A DNA stretch of 34,247 nucleotides, taken from the IMG/VR virus record IMGVR_UViG_3300012662_000006, positions 1 to 34,247 of that record; one strand, given 5' to 3'. A program made the position numbers and the translations under genes. Origin of the DNA: a virus. Below the pieces are notes generated by a model, which did no database searches, was not told the origin of the DNA, and was given only the letters and a program-made list of their open reading frames with translations. This document shows, one piece after another, positions 9,490-16,924 of this stretch (positions are counted from its first letter, which is position 1; every line of letters begins with the position of its first letter).

Positions 9490-10611
9490 TTATAGAAATT
9501 TGTCGGTTGTTTTTGCTATTTCTTTTCTTATTTTATTTTCTAAATGACCATATTTGTTAACTGTTGTTGCATAATTACTATGGCCAAGTCTTTTTGAAAT
9601 ATGATATAATTTCCAACCATCAGCCATCATTAATGCAACATAAGTGTGTCTAAGATCATACATTCTTATTCTGGGAACATTTGCTAAATCACAATATTTG
9701 TAAAATGCCTTCCTTAAAGATACATCACTATATGGTCTACTTGTATTATAATTATAAAATATCAACTCTTTAATATTCATTTGTTTTGAAATTAAATATT
9801 CTTTATACTTTTGTAATTCTTGAATTAATTTTGGCGATACATCAACAACTCTATCAGAAGAGTATGTTTTTGTTGAAGATAAAAAATCGTTTGATTTTGT
9901 GTCATAATTAATAGAATGTGAGATTTGAATTGTACAATGTGTTTCATTAATTGAGTTCCAAGTAAGAGCCCTTGATTCTCCGATTCTATCGCCTAGATAT
10001 AAACCAAGTAATGTTAATATTTTAGTTCTAAGACCAATTTCAGATGTATCATTTTCTATGTAAGAAATAAATTTTGAAAATTCTTCAATAGACCAATATT
10101 TCATTTCTACTTTAGGAACTTTAATATATTTGATATTGGCTGTTGGATTTTTTGCTATTATTTCTTTAATATTTTCGCACCAATTGAAAAATGCTCTTAA
10201 ATGTTTTAATATTTCATTTTTTTGTTTATTGGTAGTGTTTTGAGAATTAATAAAATCAATTATATTCTCTTTACAAATATTATTAATTTTTTTATTTTCT
10301 AATTCTTTATAATAACAATTATAAAATAATTTTTTCTTTTTTAATGTATTATATGATAATTTCATTACCTCTTTACAATAAAATAAATATTCTTTCCAAA
10401 GATCTTTAAATATATAAGAGGTATTGTCTGTTTTAGCATTTTTAAGATTCAATTCCAATTTAGCTTTATAATCTTTTGCAAATTTTATATCATATATTTT
10501 TTTGCCATCTATTTTTGAAATAGTAGTATTATTATGCCTAATGACATAATTACCATTTTTTGTATGTCTATATATATTATCATATCTTGTTTTTTCGTAT
10601 ATTTTATCCAT
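9490..10611 (-). CDS. int: Tyrosine integrase (373 aa) with N-terminal arm-binding-type domain
   Basis: C-terminal motifs: YDLRHTYVALMM (HxxR) and RLGHSNYATTVNKYGHL (catalytic Tyr region). Adjacent to attP repeats. Confidence 0.9.
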   Translation of the reverse strand: MDKIYEKTRYDNIYRHTKNGNYVIRHNNTTISKIDGKKIYDIKFAKDYKAKLELNLKNAKTDNTSYIFKDLWKEYLFYCKEVMKLSYNTLKKKKLFYNCYYKELENKKINNICKENIIDFINSQNTTNKQKNEILKHLRAFFNWCENIKEIIAKNPTANIKYIKVPKVEMKYWSIEEFSKFISYIENDTSEIGLRTKILTLLGLYLGDRIGESRALTWNSINETHCTIQISHSINYDTKSNDFLSSTKTYSSDRVVDVSPKLIQELQKYKEYLISKQMNIKELIFYNYNTSRPYSDVSLRKAFYKYCDLANVPRIRMYDLRHTYVALMMADGWKLYHISKRLGHSNYATTVNKYGHLENKIRKEIAKTTDKFL

Positions 10612-10765
10612 TTTTACCCTTTCTTTCTTGTCTTTAAATGATAATTTTAGTATAATAAGACATAGAAAAACATTAAAAAAATTCTTATCTAGTTGTGTGG
10701 ATAAATTTTATATAAGTTTTTCTATTTATGATAGTACCTATTGCAGTAGGTGCTATCTTTTTTAT

Positions 10766-11020
10766 TTATTTTATATTCCAACTGTTTCCACAATTTTGGC
10801 AAACAGCTTTTTTTGTTTCAATATTGATTGTTTTATATTTTTTACCAATACCAAATACTTTAAATATTAAAGCAGGTAGAGTAAAAAATAACCATTTAAA
10901 AAATTCCCACAACCATCCAATAGTTATCCACCATAAAAAACTATGATGTTTTTTTACTAATTTGATTTTATTAACTACTTGTATTGATATGTTTTCACTT
11001 CCACATTTAGAACATTTCAT
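10766..11020 (-). CDS. Zinc-ribbon membrane protein (84 aa), lysogeny-module accessory gene
   Basis: CSKC at the N-terminus and CQNC at the C-terminus flank a Trp/Phe-rich TM stretch. Strong SD GGAGGTG lies 6 nt upstream. Confidence 0.75.
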   Translation of the reverse strand: MKCSKCGSENISIQVVNKIKLVKKHHSFLWWITIGWLWEFFKWLFFTLPALIFKVFGIGKKYKTINIETKKAVCQNCGNSWNIK

Positions 11021-11082
11021 ATTTTCACCTCCAATACTTCTTATTTATAAAAATATCTATACTAGCATATTTTTAATCAAAA

Positions 11083-11277
11083 TTATTTTTTCTTCTTGTT
11101 CTTTGATGTAATTATAATTTTTTTATTAATTTTATCAATTTCACTATCTATTGTTAGTTTTTGATATATTAAATCTAAATAATCAAGTTGTTCTTTATTT
11201 AATTTATTAAAATTATGTATAGCGTCAGCAAGTTGGCTAGCAACTTTTTCAGTCTCATGTTTTTCTAAATCTGTCAT
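11083..11277 (-). CDS. Hypothetical 64-aa protein translationally coupled to the repressor
   Basis: Its ATG overlaps the repressor stop (TAATG on the - strand at 11275-11279). It is helical and acidic with a poly-Lys tail. Confidence 0.65.
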   Translation of the reverse strand: MTDLEKHETEKVASQLADAIHNFNKLNKEQLDYLDLIYQKLTIDSEIDKINKKIIITSKNKKKK

Positions 11278-11936
11278 TATAATCTTGTCCTCTTTTCCCT
11301 AGCTACACCAACAATTTTAACAGGTAAACTTGCAATTTGTTCTTTATTATAAAATGTTGGTTGAAAATTATCACTATTATTTAAATTTAGAGGTACGAGT
11401 GTAATACCATTATCGGTTATGGTAACATTTTTAAATGTAGCATCAAATCCATTTACCATAACAGCACAATCTTTTTTTTGCGCTGTTAAGAAATCTTCAA
11501 TATGTTCAAAAATAACTATATCATTCTCATCGTATTTTGGATACATACTATCGCCACTTATTTTTAAACCGTAATATGATTTTCCACCTTTTATCCACTC
11601 TTTCGGTATATCAACATATTCAATTATATCAGTTTGAGCTTCTATTGCTGTTCCAGCTTTGATAGTACTTAATACAGGTATTTGTATGGTATCAGTTTGA
11701 ATATCAATTAACGAAGCATTATCAAAAGACAATGGTGGAAAAAAATCATTAATAGATACTCTAAAATATTCTGCCAATTTAAATAAAATATCTTGATTTG
11801 TTTTTCTATCTCCAATTTCATATCGTGAAATTGTTTGAGGAGTAGTATTTAAATATTCTGCCACTTCTTCTTGAGTAAGATTCTTTTGTTCTCTGAAATT
11901 CCTTATTTTATTTCCAATATATTTATTTATATCCAT
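11277..11936 (-). CDS. CI-like repressor: XRE-family HTH + S24 (LexA-like) autopeptidase domain
   Basis: HTH: LTQEEVAEYLNTTPQTISRYEIG. S24 Ser in GDSMYP and Lys in ATFKNV. It is divergent from the cro-like gene. Confidence 0.9.
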   Translation of the reverse strand: MDINKYIGNKIRNFREQKNLTQEEVAEYLNTTPQTISRYEIGDRKTNQDILFKLAEYFRVSINDFFPPLSFDNASLIDIQTDTIQIPVLSTIKAGTAIEAQTDIIEYVDIPKEWIKGGKSYYGLKISGDSMYPKYDENDIVIFEHIEDFLTAQKKDCAVMVNGFDATFKNVTITDNGITLVPLNLNNSDNFQPTFYNKEQIASLPVKIVGVAREKRTRL

Positions 11937-11959
11937 CTATGTTTTCTCCTTTCAAAAAT

Positions 11960-11968
11960 ATAATAGCA
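11960..11968 (-). promoter_or_regulatory. Candidate extended -10 (TGCTATTAT on - strand) for repressor maintenance transcript
   Basis: The reverse complement of 11960-11968 reads TGCTATTAT, about 25 nt upstream of the repressor ATG and just upstream of its SD (AAGGAG). Confidence 0.4.
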
Positions 11969-12017
11969 TAATTTACACCAAAATGGAACAAAAAGTTAAA
12001 AAATAGTAAAAAAAGTA

Positions 12018-12046
12018 TTGACCTAACACCGAAGTGGTGATAAGAT
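12018..12046 (+). promoter_or_regulatory. Early rightward promoter (TTGACC - 17 nt - TGnTAAGAT) with CACC-N5-GGTG inverted repeat in the spacer
   Basis: TTGACC at 12018-12023 and TAAGAT at 12041-12046, preceded by TG. The gene starts at 12081. Confidence 0.65.
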
Positions 12047-12080
12047 TAAGGTGTAATAAGGAAAGGAGAGTGAAATAAAA

Positions 12081-12314
12081 ATGCAAAGTAAATTATTATT
12101 ACTAAGAAAAGATAAAAAGGTCACTCAAGCAAAATTAGCCGAAATATTGGGAATTACTACAAAACAATATGGTGCCAAAGAGTCTGGTAAAGTGAAGTTT
12201 AATGGTGATGAAATGTTTAAAATAGCTGAATACTTTGATACAAAAATAGATAATATTTTTTTACCCACCAATCACCAAAATGGTGAATTAGTAAAAGAAA
12301 ATATTAATGATTAG
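12081..12314 (+). CDS. Cro-like XRE-family HTH regulator (77 aa)
   Basis: HTH: VTQAKLAEILGITTKQYGAKESG. SD GGAAAGGAGAG. Divergent from the repressor. Confidence 0.85.
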   Translation: MQSKLLLLRKDKKVTQAKLAEILGITTKQYGAKESGKVKFNGDEMFKIAEYFDTKIDNIFLPTNHQNGELVKENIND

Positions 12315-12325
12315 GAGGAGGACAC

Positions 12326-12457
12326 ATGAATCAAGATAGAAAAATAACTTTAGGAGATTTACAGAAACAAGTTATTATGTATTTATATAACAAAATTGAA
12401 AGAAAATTAGTTTTAAATACAGAAGATGTTAAATTAATTGAAATTTTATTTAGATAA
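12326..12457 (+). CDS. Small hypothetical ORF (43 aa), below ORF-track cutoff
   Basis: SD AGGAGGAGG (12313-12321) precedes ATG 12326. Translation: MNQDRKITLGDLQKQVIMYLYNKIERKLVLNTEDVKLIEILFR. Confidence 0.6.
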   Translation: MNQDRKITLGDLQKQVIMYLYNKIERKLVLNTEDVKLIEILFR

Positions 12458-12474
12458 AAAGACTAGAATTAAAT

Positions 12475-12633
12475 CTAATCTTCATTAACATTATTTTTGC
12501 AATTACGAACTTGTTTATAAATTTCTTTATATGCTTCACTAACATCTTTTATGTTTTCTTCATTACTACTGCCTTTAGTAATGTAATCGTTTTGAAGCAT
12601 TGCAATAACAATTTCTTTAGCAATATCTGACAT
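12475..12633 (-). CDS. Small hypothetical ORF (52 aa) on the opposite strand within the early region
   Basis: The - strand has SD GAGGTG and then ATG at 12633-12631. Translation: MSDIAKEIVIAMLQNDYITKGSSNEENIKDVSEAYKEIYKQVRNCKNNVNED. It has its own promoter-like element. Confidence 0.6.
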   Translation of the reverse strand: MSDIAKEIVIAMLQNDYITKGSSNEENIKDVSEAYKEIYKQVRNCKNNVNED

Positions 12634-12661
12634 ATACACACCTCACTTTCTAATGATTTCT

Positions 12662-12690
12662 ATTATAAGTAAAAATGAGGTAAAAGACAA
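12662..12690 (-). promoter_or_regulatory. Leftward promoter candidate (TTGTCT - 17 nt - TATAAT on - strand)
   Basis: The reverse complement of 12662-12667 is TATAAT and that of 12685-12690 is TTGTCT. TTGC-N4-TTGC direct repeats lie just upstream on that strand. Confidence 0.55.
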
Positions 12691-12756
12691 TTGCAAAAGT
12701 GCAAAAAATCAAATCAAAAACAAACCCACACAACTAAATAAGAAAGGAAATAAAAA

Positions 12757-12969
12757 ATGAAATATTATAATGCAACCGAAATTATTAAAATAACTGGATT
12801 AAGCAAATCATCGGTTTACAATCTAATTAATAATTTAAATACTAAATTAAAAAGAGAATATCCAGGAACAATTATTATTAAAGGTCGAGTACCAAGATGG
12901 TATTTTGATAAAAAATTAATGATAAATGATATTACAAAAGAAGAAAATCAAGAATTACAAAAAATATAA
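12757..12969 (+). CDS. Excisionase-family-like HTH DNA-binding protein (70 aa)
   Basis: Motif ATEIIKITGLSKSSVYNLI...GRVPRWYFDKK resembles Xis/MerR-type HTH proteins. The function (Xis or regulator) is not resolved. Confidence 0.5.
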   Translation: MKYYNATEIIKITGLSKSSVYNLINNLNTKLKREYPGTIIIKGRVPRWYFDKKLMINDITKEENQELQKI

Positions 12970-13151
12970 AACAAAAAAATTGGTTAAGAGGTTGATATGA
13001 ATGTATTAAAAAAAGATTTATGGATGCATACTAATTCCCATAAATCAAATACATAAATAAAAAATTACTCTTACATTATACCAAATTATGAAATAAAATG
13101 CAAATTAAAAAAATATGTAATTTTGGATGAAAGAGAGGAACAAAAAGATAA

Positions 13152-13352
13152 ATGAAAAAGTATAGATTAAAACGAAAAATTAAAATTATTATTTTATTAA
13201 TATTAATAGCTATCATTAACATAGTTGCTATATATCAATTATTCACTGTTAAAACAATAGGTAAGACACCAGTTGGTGATTATGAATGTCATGGTGGAAT
13301 TATAAAAATATGCGGATCAAGTTCTGAAGTTGCTAATCATTTAGGAGTATAA
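13152..13352 (+). CDS. Small membrane protein (66 aa)
   Basis: N-terminal basic stretch, then TM segment IIILLILIAIINIVAIYQLF. SD GAGAGGAA. Confidence 0.6.
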   Translation: MKKYRLKRKIKIIILLILIAIINIVAIYQLFTVKTIGKTPVGDYECHGGIIKICGSSSEVANHLGV

Positions 13353-13355
13353 GAT

Positions 13356-14114
13356 ATGAAAAATCCAGCATTCTTATTTTATACAAGTGATTTTATTACA
13401 GGGACGTTATTTATGAATAATGAAGAAGTTGGTGCTTATATAAGAGTTTTATGTATGCAACATCAAAAAGGTCATCTAACTGAAGAAGAAATTAAAAATA
13501 TTTGTAAAAGAAATAAAATTTTTCTCTCCGTTATCTCTCATTTTAAACAAGATAAAAAAGGTCTTTTCTATAACAAAAGGCTTGATAGAGAAAAAGAGAA
13601 AAGAGAAAAATACTCGGAAAGTAGGGCAAAAAACAGGAAAAAACGTACTGAAGATAAGATTAACATATCATCTACATATGAAAACATATCAAAATCATAT
13701 GATGCACATATGGAAAATGAAAATGAAGATGAAAATATAAATAATAATATAAATATTAATACTAATTATAATTTTAAAAATATAACTGAAGATTATATAT
13801 TTAGTTTATATACTAATACTATAAATTCTAATATAAGTTCTATTGAATTAGAGAAATTAGATAATTATATAAATATCTTTAAAGATGACTTAAGAATAAT
13901 TGCATATGCTATTGAGTATTGCAAAATGTATAGAGCTTATAACATTAACTATCTTTGTAAAATTTTAAATAACTGGAATAAGGCAGGTTTTAAAACTTTA
14001 GAACAAATTAAAGAAAAAGAAAAGCCTAAAAGCAGTGAAAACAATAATTCAGAAGAAGAAAAGGTTGAATTGTTTGATTATGATTGGTTGAGTGACGTTA
14101 ATGAAGAAAAATAA
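13356..14114 (+). CDS. Replisome organizer: N-terminal DUF1376 (YdaU-like) + C-terminal DnaD-type domain
   Basis: N-terminus: NPAFLFYTSDFITGTLFMNNEEVGAYIRVLC. C-terminus: YAIEYCKMYRAYNINYLCKILNNWNKAGFKTLEQI. An Asn-rich linker separates them. Confidence 0.75.
   Translation: MKNPAFLFYTSDFITGTLFMNNEEVGAYIRVLCMQHQKGHLTEEEIKNICKRNKIFLSVISHFKQDKKGLFYNKRLDREKEKREKYSESRAKNRKKRTEDKINISSTYENISKSYDAHMENENEDENINNNININTNYNFKNITEDYIFSLYTNTINSNISSIELEKLDNYINIFKDDLRIIAYAIEYCKMYRAYNINYLCKILNNWNKAGFKTLEQIKEKEKPKSSENNNSEEEKVELFDYDWLSDVNEEK
13663..13711. repeat. Five phased (A/T)CATAT repeats (spacing 11, 10, 11, 11 bp) - iteron-like array inside the organizer gene
   Basis: Copies at 13663, 13674, 13684, 13695 and 13706. 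They are followed by (A/G)ATGAA x4 and about 60 bp of almost pure A+T (13737-13795). Confidence 0.6.
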
Positions 14115-14421
14115 AGTTTTGAAAGAAAAGAAAAAATTATTTGATTATTTCAAATTAAAAAGACAATACAATGCACTTTTAATCAAATATGAAACATTAT
14201 TAAATGATGTTAAAGAAGAATGTTTTGAGGTTATTTATAACAAAATCAATGACGATCAATCAATTGTTAAACTAAAAAAAGATAACAAGATGCTAAGACA
14301 ACAGGTTAAAACTTTAAAAGAAATAATTAAGGAGGAATGTGATGGACGAAATAATTCCAAGAAGATATGGCCAAAATCCTCTAGCAGAAACAAAAGCAGA
14401 AGCAGAATTAAAAGTAAATAA
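14101..14421 (+). CDS. Hypothetical coiled-coil protein (about 106 aa)
   Basis: ATG 14101 (the ORF track starts at GTG 14092). The sequence is heptad-like. The last 80 nt overlap the next gene in another frame. Confidence 0.55.
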   Translation: MKKNKVLKEKKKLFDYFKLKRQYNALLIKYETLLNDVKEECFEVIYNKINDDQSIVKLKKDNKMLRQQVKTLKEIIKEECDGRNNSKKIWPKSSSRNKSRSRIKSK

Positions 14422-14665
14422 GAAAAATCATTATTTTCAAATTATTGAAATACTTAATGATTTTAATAAACCAATGACAGCAAAAGAAATTGCTATTGAA
14501 ATGAAAAAAAGAGGTTATAGCAAAACTAATGAAAGAAATGTATCTGCTCCAAGAATTACGGAAATGATGCAAAAAGGATGGTTAGAATGTGTTGGCAAGA
14601 AAAAATGTCAATACACAAATAATTTAGTTGGAGTATTTATCGTTAGAAATATAAAAGACAGGTGA
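14342..14665 (+). CDS. Winged-helix (MarR/ArsR-like) DNA-binding protein (107 aa)
   Basis: SD AGGAGG (14329-14334) lies 7 nt from ATG 14342. Motif: HYFQIIEILNDFNKPMTAKEIAIEMKKRGY...RITEMMQKGWLE. Confidence 0.6.
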   Translation: MDEIIPRRYGQNPLAETKAEAELKVNKKNHYFQIIEILNDFNKPMTAKEIAIEMKKRGYSKTNERNVSAPRITEMMQKGWLECVGKKKCQYTNNLVGVFIVRNIKDR

Positions 14666-15336
14666 GTGATTACATGGGAGTTAGAAAAATTAAATATTTT
14701 GGAGGACAAAAAGCAACTTTACCAATCAAAAGTGAAAAACAGTTAAAAACAGTAATGCTTTATTTGTTACAAAAGAAAGAACATGCAAAAACAAAGGTTA
14801 AATATTATCTTGCTTATAGAAATTATATGTTGTTTCTAATTGGATTTAATACAGCCTTTAGAGCCGAAGATTTATTGCAGCTAAGGGTAACTGATGTAAA
14901 AAAAGGATTTGTATCAATTAAAGAGAATAAAACACGTAAAGTTCAAAATTTTAGAATGAATAAACAATTACATCAAGAAATTTTAGATTATATTGAAGAA
15001 TTTGATCTAAAAGAAAATGATTATTTGTTTATGGGACAAAAGAAAAAAGATACATACCAGGGCAAAAGCTATAAAGTTATTTATCCAATAACTCGTCAAA
15101 ATGCAAGAAATATTTGCCATGACGTTGCTAATGCTGCTGGAATAGATTTTAAATTTGGACTTCATAGTCTAAGAAAAACTTTTGGTTACATGTATATCAA
15201 ACATGGTGGAAATGTAATTACACTAATGAAAATGTATAATCATTATTCACCAGATGTCACTCTTTTATATGTTATGTGGGGTAAGGAAGATGCAGAAGCT
15301 GATCGCGAATCTACTTTCATAGGAGGGATAAAATGA
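14662..15336 (+). CDS. Short tyrosine recombinase (224 aa, catalytic domain only)
   Basis: Ordered motifs: NTAFRAEDL (R), ENKTRKV (K), GLHSLRKTFG (HxxR), NHYSP (H) and TLLYV (Y). The start is GTG 14662 or ATG 14674. Confidence 0.75.
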   Translation: MSDYMGVRKIKYFGGQKATLPIKSEKQLKTVMLYLLQKKEHAKTKVKYYLAYRNYMLFLIGFNTAFRAEDLLQLRVTDVKKGFVSIKENKTRKVQNFRMNKQLHQEILDYIEEFDLKENDYLFMGQKKKDTYQGKSYKVIYPITRQNARNICHDVANAAGIDFKFGLHSLRKTFGYMYIKHGGNVITLMKMYNHYSPDVTLLYVMWGKEDAEADRESTFIGGIK

Positions 15337-15863
15337 AATTGTTAGAAAGATTAGAAGAGCAAATTAAAATACAAAAAATATCAAAAAAAGAATATAGTAA
15401 ACTTTTATCTGATTTAAAAGCTAAAAATAATGAGTTATTAAATCATATTAAACGAATAAAAGAAGATAAATATGAATTAAAAAAACAGTATGAATTATTA
15501 GATGGGAAACTTGTTAAAGCATCGGATAAATTAAAAGAAAAAGATAGAATCTTAAAAAATTATGAAGAAGATATTGAAATAGCTAATGCAACTATTTCAA
15601 AATTATCGAAAAAAATTAATCAATTAAAAGAGAATAATAAAAAAATTGGTGGTGCTAAGGGTGGTTTAATTAAAGAAAACAAATATTTAAAAGAATCAGT
15701 TAAGGACTTAACAATAAAATTAGAAGAGTCTATGTCTGATAAATATGTTTTAAAAAAATTACCGTCTGGTAAAAGGCCAAAAGGAGATTTAATGAGATTA
15801 AAAAGCCAAACATTTCAAAGTAAAATTGTTAAACAAATGCATCGTGAGGATTCTAATGAATAA
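15333..15863 (+). CDS. Hypothetical coiled-coil protein (176 aa)
   Basis: ATGA overlap with the upstream gene. SD GGAGGG. Long Lys/Glu-rich heptad sequence. Confidence 0.7.
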   Translation: MKLLERLEEQIKIQKISKKEYSKLLSDLKAKNNELLNHIKRIKEDKYELKKQYELLDGKLVKASDKLKEKDRILKNYEEDIEIANATISKLSKKINQLKENNKKIGGAKGGLIKENKYLKESVKDLTIKLEESMSDKYVLKKLPSGKRPKGDLMRLKSQTFQSKIVKQMHREDSNE

Positions 15864-16128
15864 ATTAATAACTTATATTTTAGATAATTACTATACTGAG
15901 AAATTTATTAGATCATTAGAAGCTGATATTTTAAGTAAAAATAATGTTTCATTTAAAGCAAAATGTAATCATGGATGTATTGATATTTATTTAAAACCAA
16001 CTTTGTGTAGTAATTATAAATTTATTTGCAGTTTTAAAAAAAGTGATGCATTAGAGTGTTTAATTAGAGATAGAACAAAATTTATGGCATTTATTAAACA
16101 AGCTATAAAAAAACTAGGAGGTATTTAA
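15856..16128 (+). CDS. Hypothetical protein (90 aa)
   Basis: Starts at ATGAATAAA, overlapping the upstream AATGAATAA stop context. The ORF-track start at 15826 is probably an upstream extension. Confidence 0.6.
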   Translation: MNKLITYILDNYYTEKFIRSLEADILSKNNVSFKAKCNHGCIDIYLKPTLCSNYKFICSFKKSDALECLIRDRTKFMAFIKQAIKKLGGI

Positions 16129-16130
16129 AT

Positions 16131-16403
16131 ATGTTTGAGCAAATTAAAGCCATTTTAGACACGATTGCAGGGCTTCCTAATGTTCTTGTATATCAAGATT
16201 CAGAACTTGTCTTAGAGCCTAGTTTAAATGGCAAATATAAAGATTATCAAAGATGTTTAAAATTTCAAATTATAAAAATTTATGACGGATTAGAAAAAAA
16301 CATGTATAAAGCAAATTGTAAGGAAAATAATCCAAAGGAATATTTAGAAAAGATTTTAAATGATTTAACAAAAATTCAATTAAAGTTAGGAGGAATTAAT
16401 TAA
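16131..16403 (+). CDS. Hypothetical protein (90 aa)
   Basis: SD AGGAGG is embedded in the previous gene's last codons. Confidence 0.7.
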   Translation: MFEQIKAILDTIAGLPNVLVYQDSELVLEPSLNGKYKDYQRCLKFQIIKIYDGLEKNMYKANCKENNPKEYLEKILNDLTKIQLKLGGIN

Positions 16404-16774
16404 TGGATTTATGGATTAGAAGTCAAGATAAAGAAAAATTAATCAAATGCATTGGTATAGTAATAGTAGCTGATAATGAAGATGGTAAAACTATTAGAGG
16501 TTATAGAATAGTTGAAAATACTGAATATGAAGAATTAGGTTTTTATACATCAAAAGTAAGAACTTTAGAGGTGTTAAATGAAATTCAATCTAAATTGAAT
16601 TGTAATAAGTTTTTATTAAAACCAAAAACAGGTTTGCTATCTAAAGACGATATCAGAAAAGAAAAAATTTGTTTAGAAGAATTAAATAATATTGATCTAA
16701 TTGCTGAAAATTCATTATGCAGTATTGAGCCAATAGGTAATCCAGTATTGGTATATGAAATGCCTGAAAAGTAG
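16403..16774 (+). CDS. Hypothetical protein (123 aa)
   Basis: TAATG overlap. SD AGGAGG upstream. Confidence 0.7.
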   Translation: MDLWIRSQDKEKLIKCIGIVIVADNEDGKTIRGYRIVENTEYEELGFYTSKVRTLEVLNEIQSKLNCNKFLLKPKTGLLSKDDIRKEKICLEELNNIDLIAENSLCSIEPIGNPVLVYEMPEK

Positions 16775-16924
16775 AAAAAATCGAAAAATAAAATTATAGG
16801 TAAGTTTTTAAAGTTTAAAATTTATGCTAACTATTATAAATATTAGAAAAAATCAAGATTTAAGCATACACTAAAAACTTTCCACAATTATCTGTTATGA
16901 CAAGTTTTTATTAGGAGGATTTAG

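Noticed and set aside
10628-10946. Plus-strand ORFs 10628-10870 and 10728-10946 in the lysogeny block
   Set aside because: They overlap each other and run antisense to the Zn-ribbon membrane gene (10766-11020) and the int upstream region. They have no SD, and the first starts at a non-ATG codon. Their hydrophobic, low-complexity translation looks spurious.
12997-13056. A 19-codon ORF (MNVLKKDLWMHTNSHKSNT) with SD AAGAGG in the 12970-13151 gap
   Set aside because: It is too short to support from sequence alone. It may be a leader peptide or nothing, so I did not annotate it as a gene.
14342-14421. The 80-nt two-frame overlap between ORF 14101-14421 and the winged-helix gene as a programmed frameshift or fusion
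   Set aside because: There is no slippery sequence at the overlap. The downstream gene has its own strong SD and ATG. The overlapping tail of the upstream ORF (…GRNNSKKIWPKSSSRNKSRSRIKSK) looks like incidental read-on in an AT-rich frame. I cannot decide this without proteomics.
16775-16924. The 150-bp intergenic gap as a regulatory RNA or origin: TAGAAAAAATC direct repeat at 16772 and 16845, TTTTAAAGTTTAAAA palindrome, TATGCT…AGCATA arms
   Set aside because: All elements are short, A/T-only or imperfect, and I found no convincing -35/-10 pair or terminator. It is probably a middle-promoter region, but it is unsupported.
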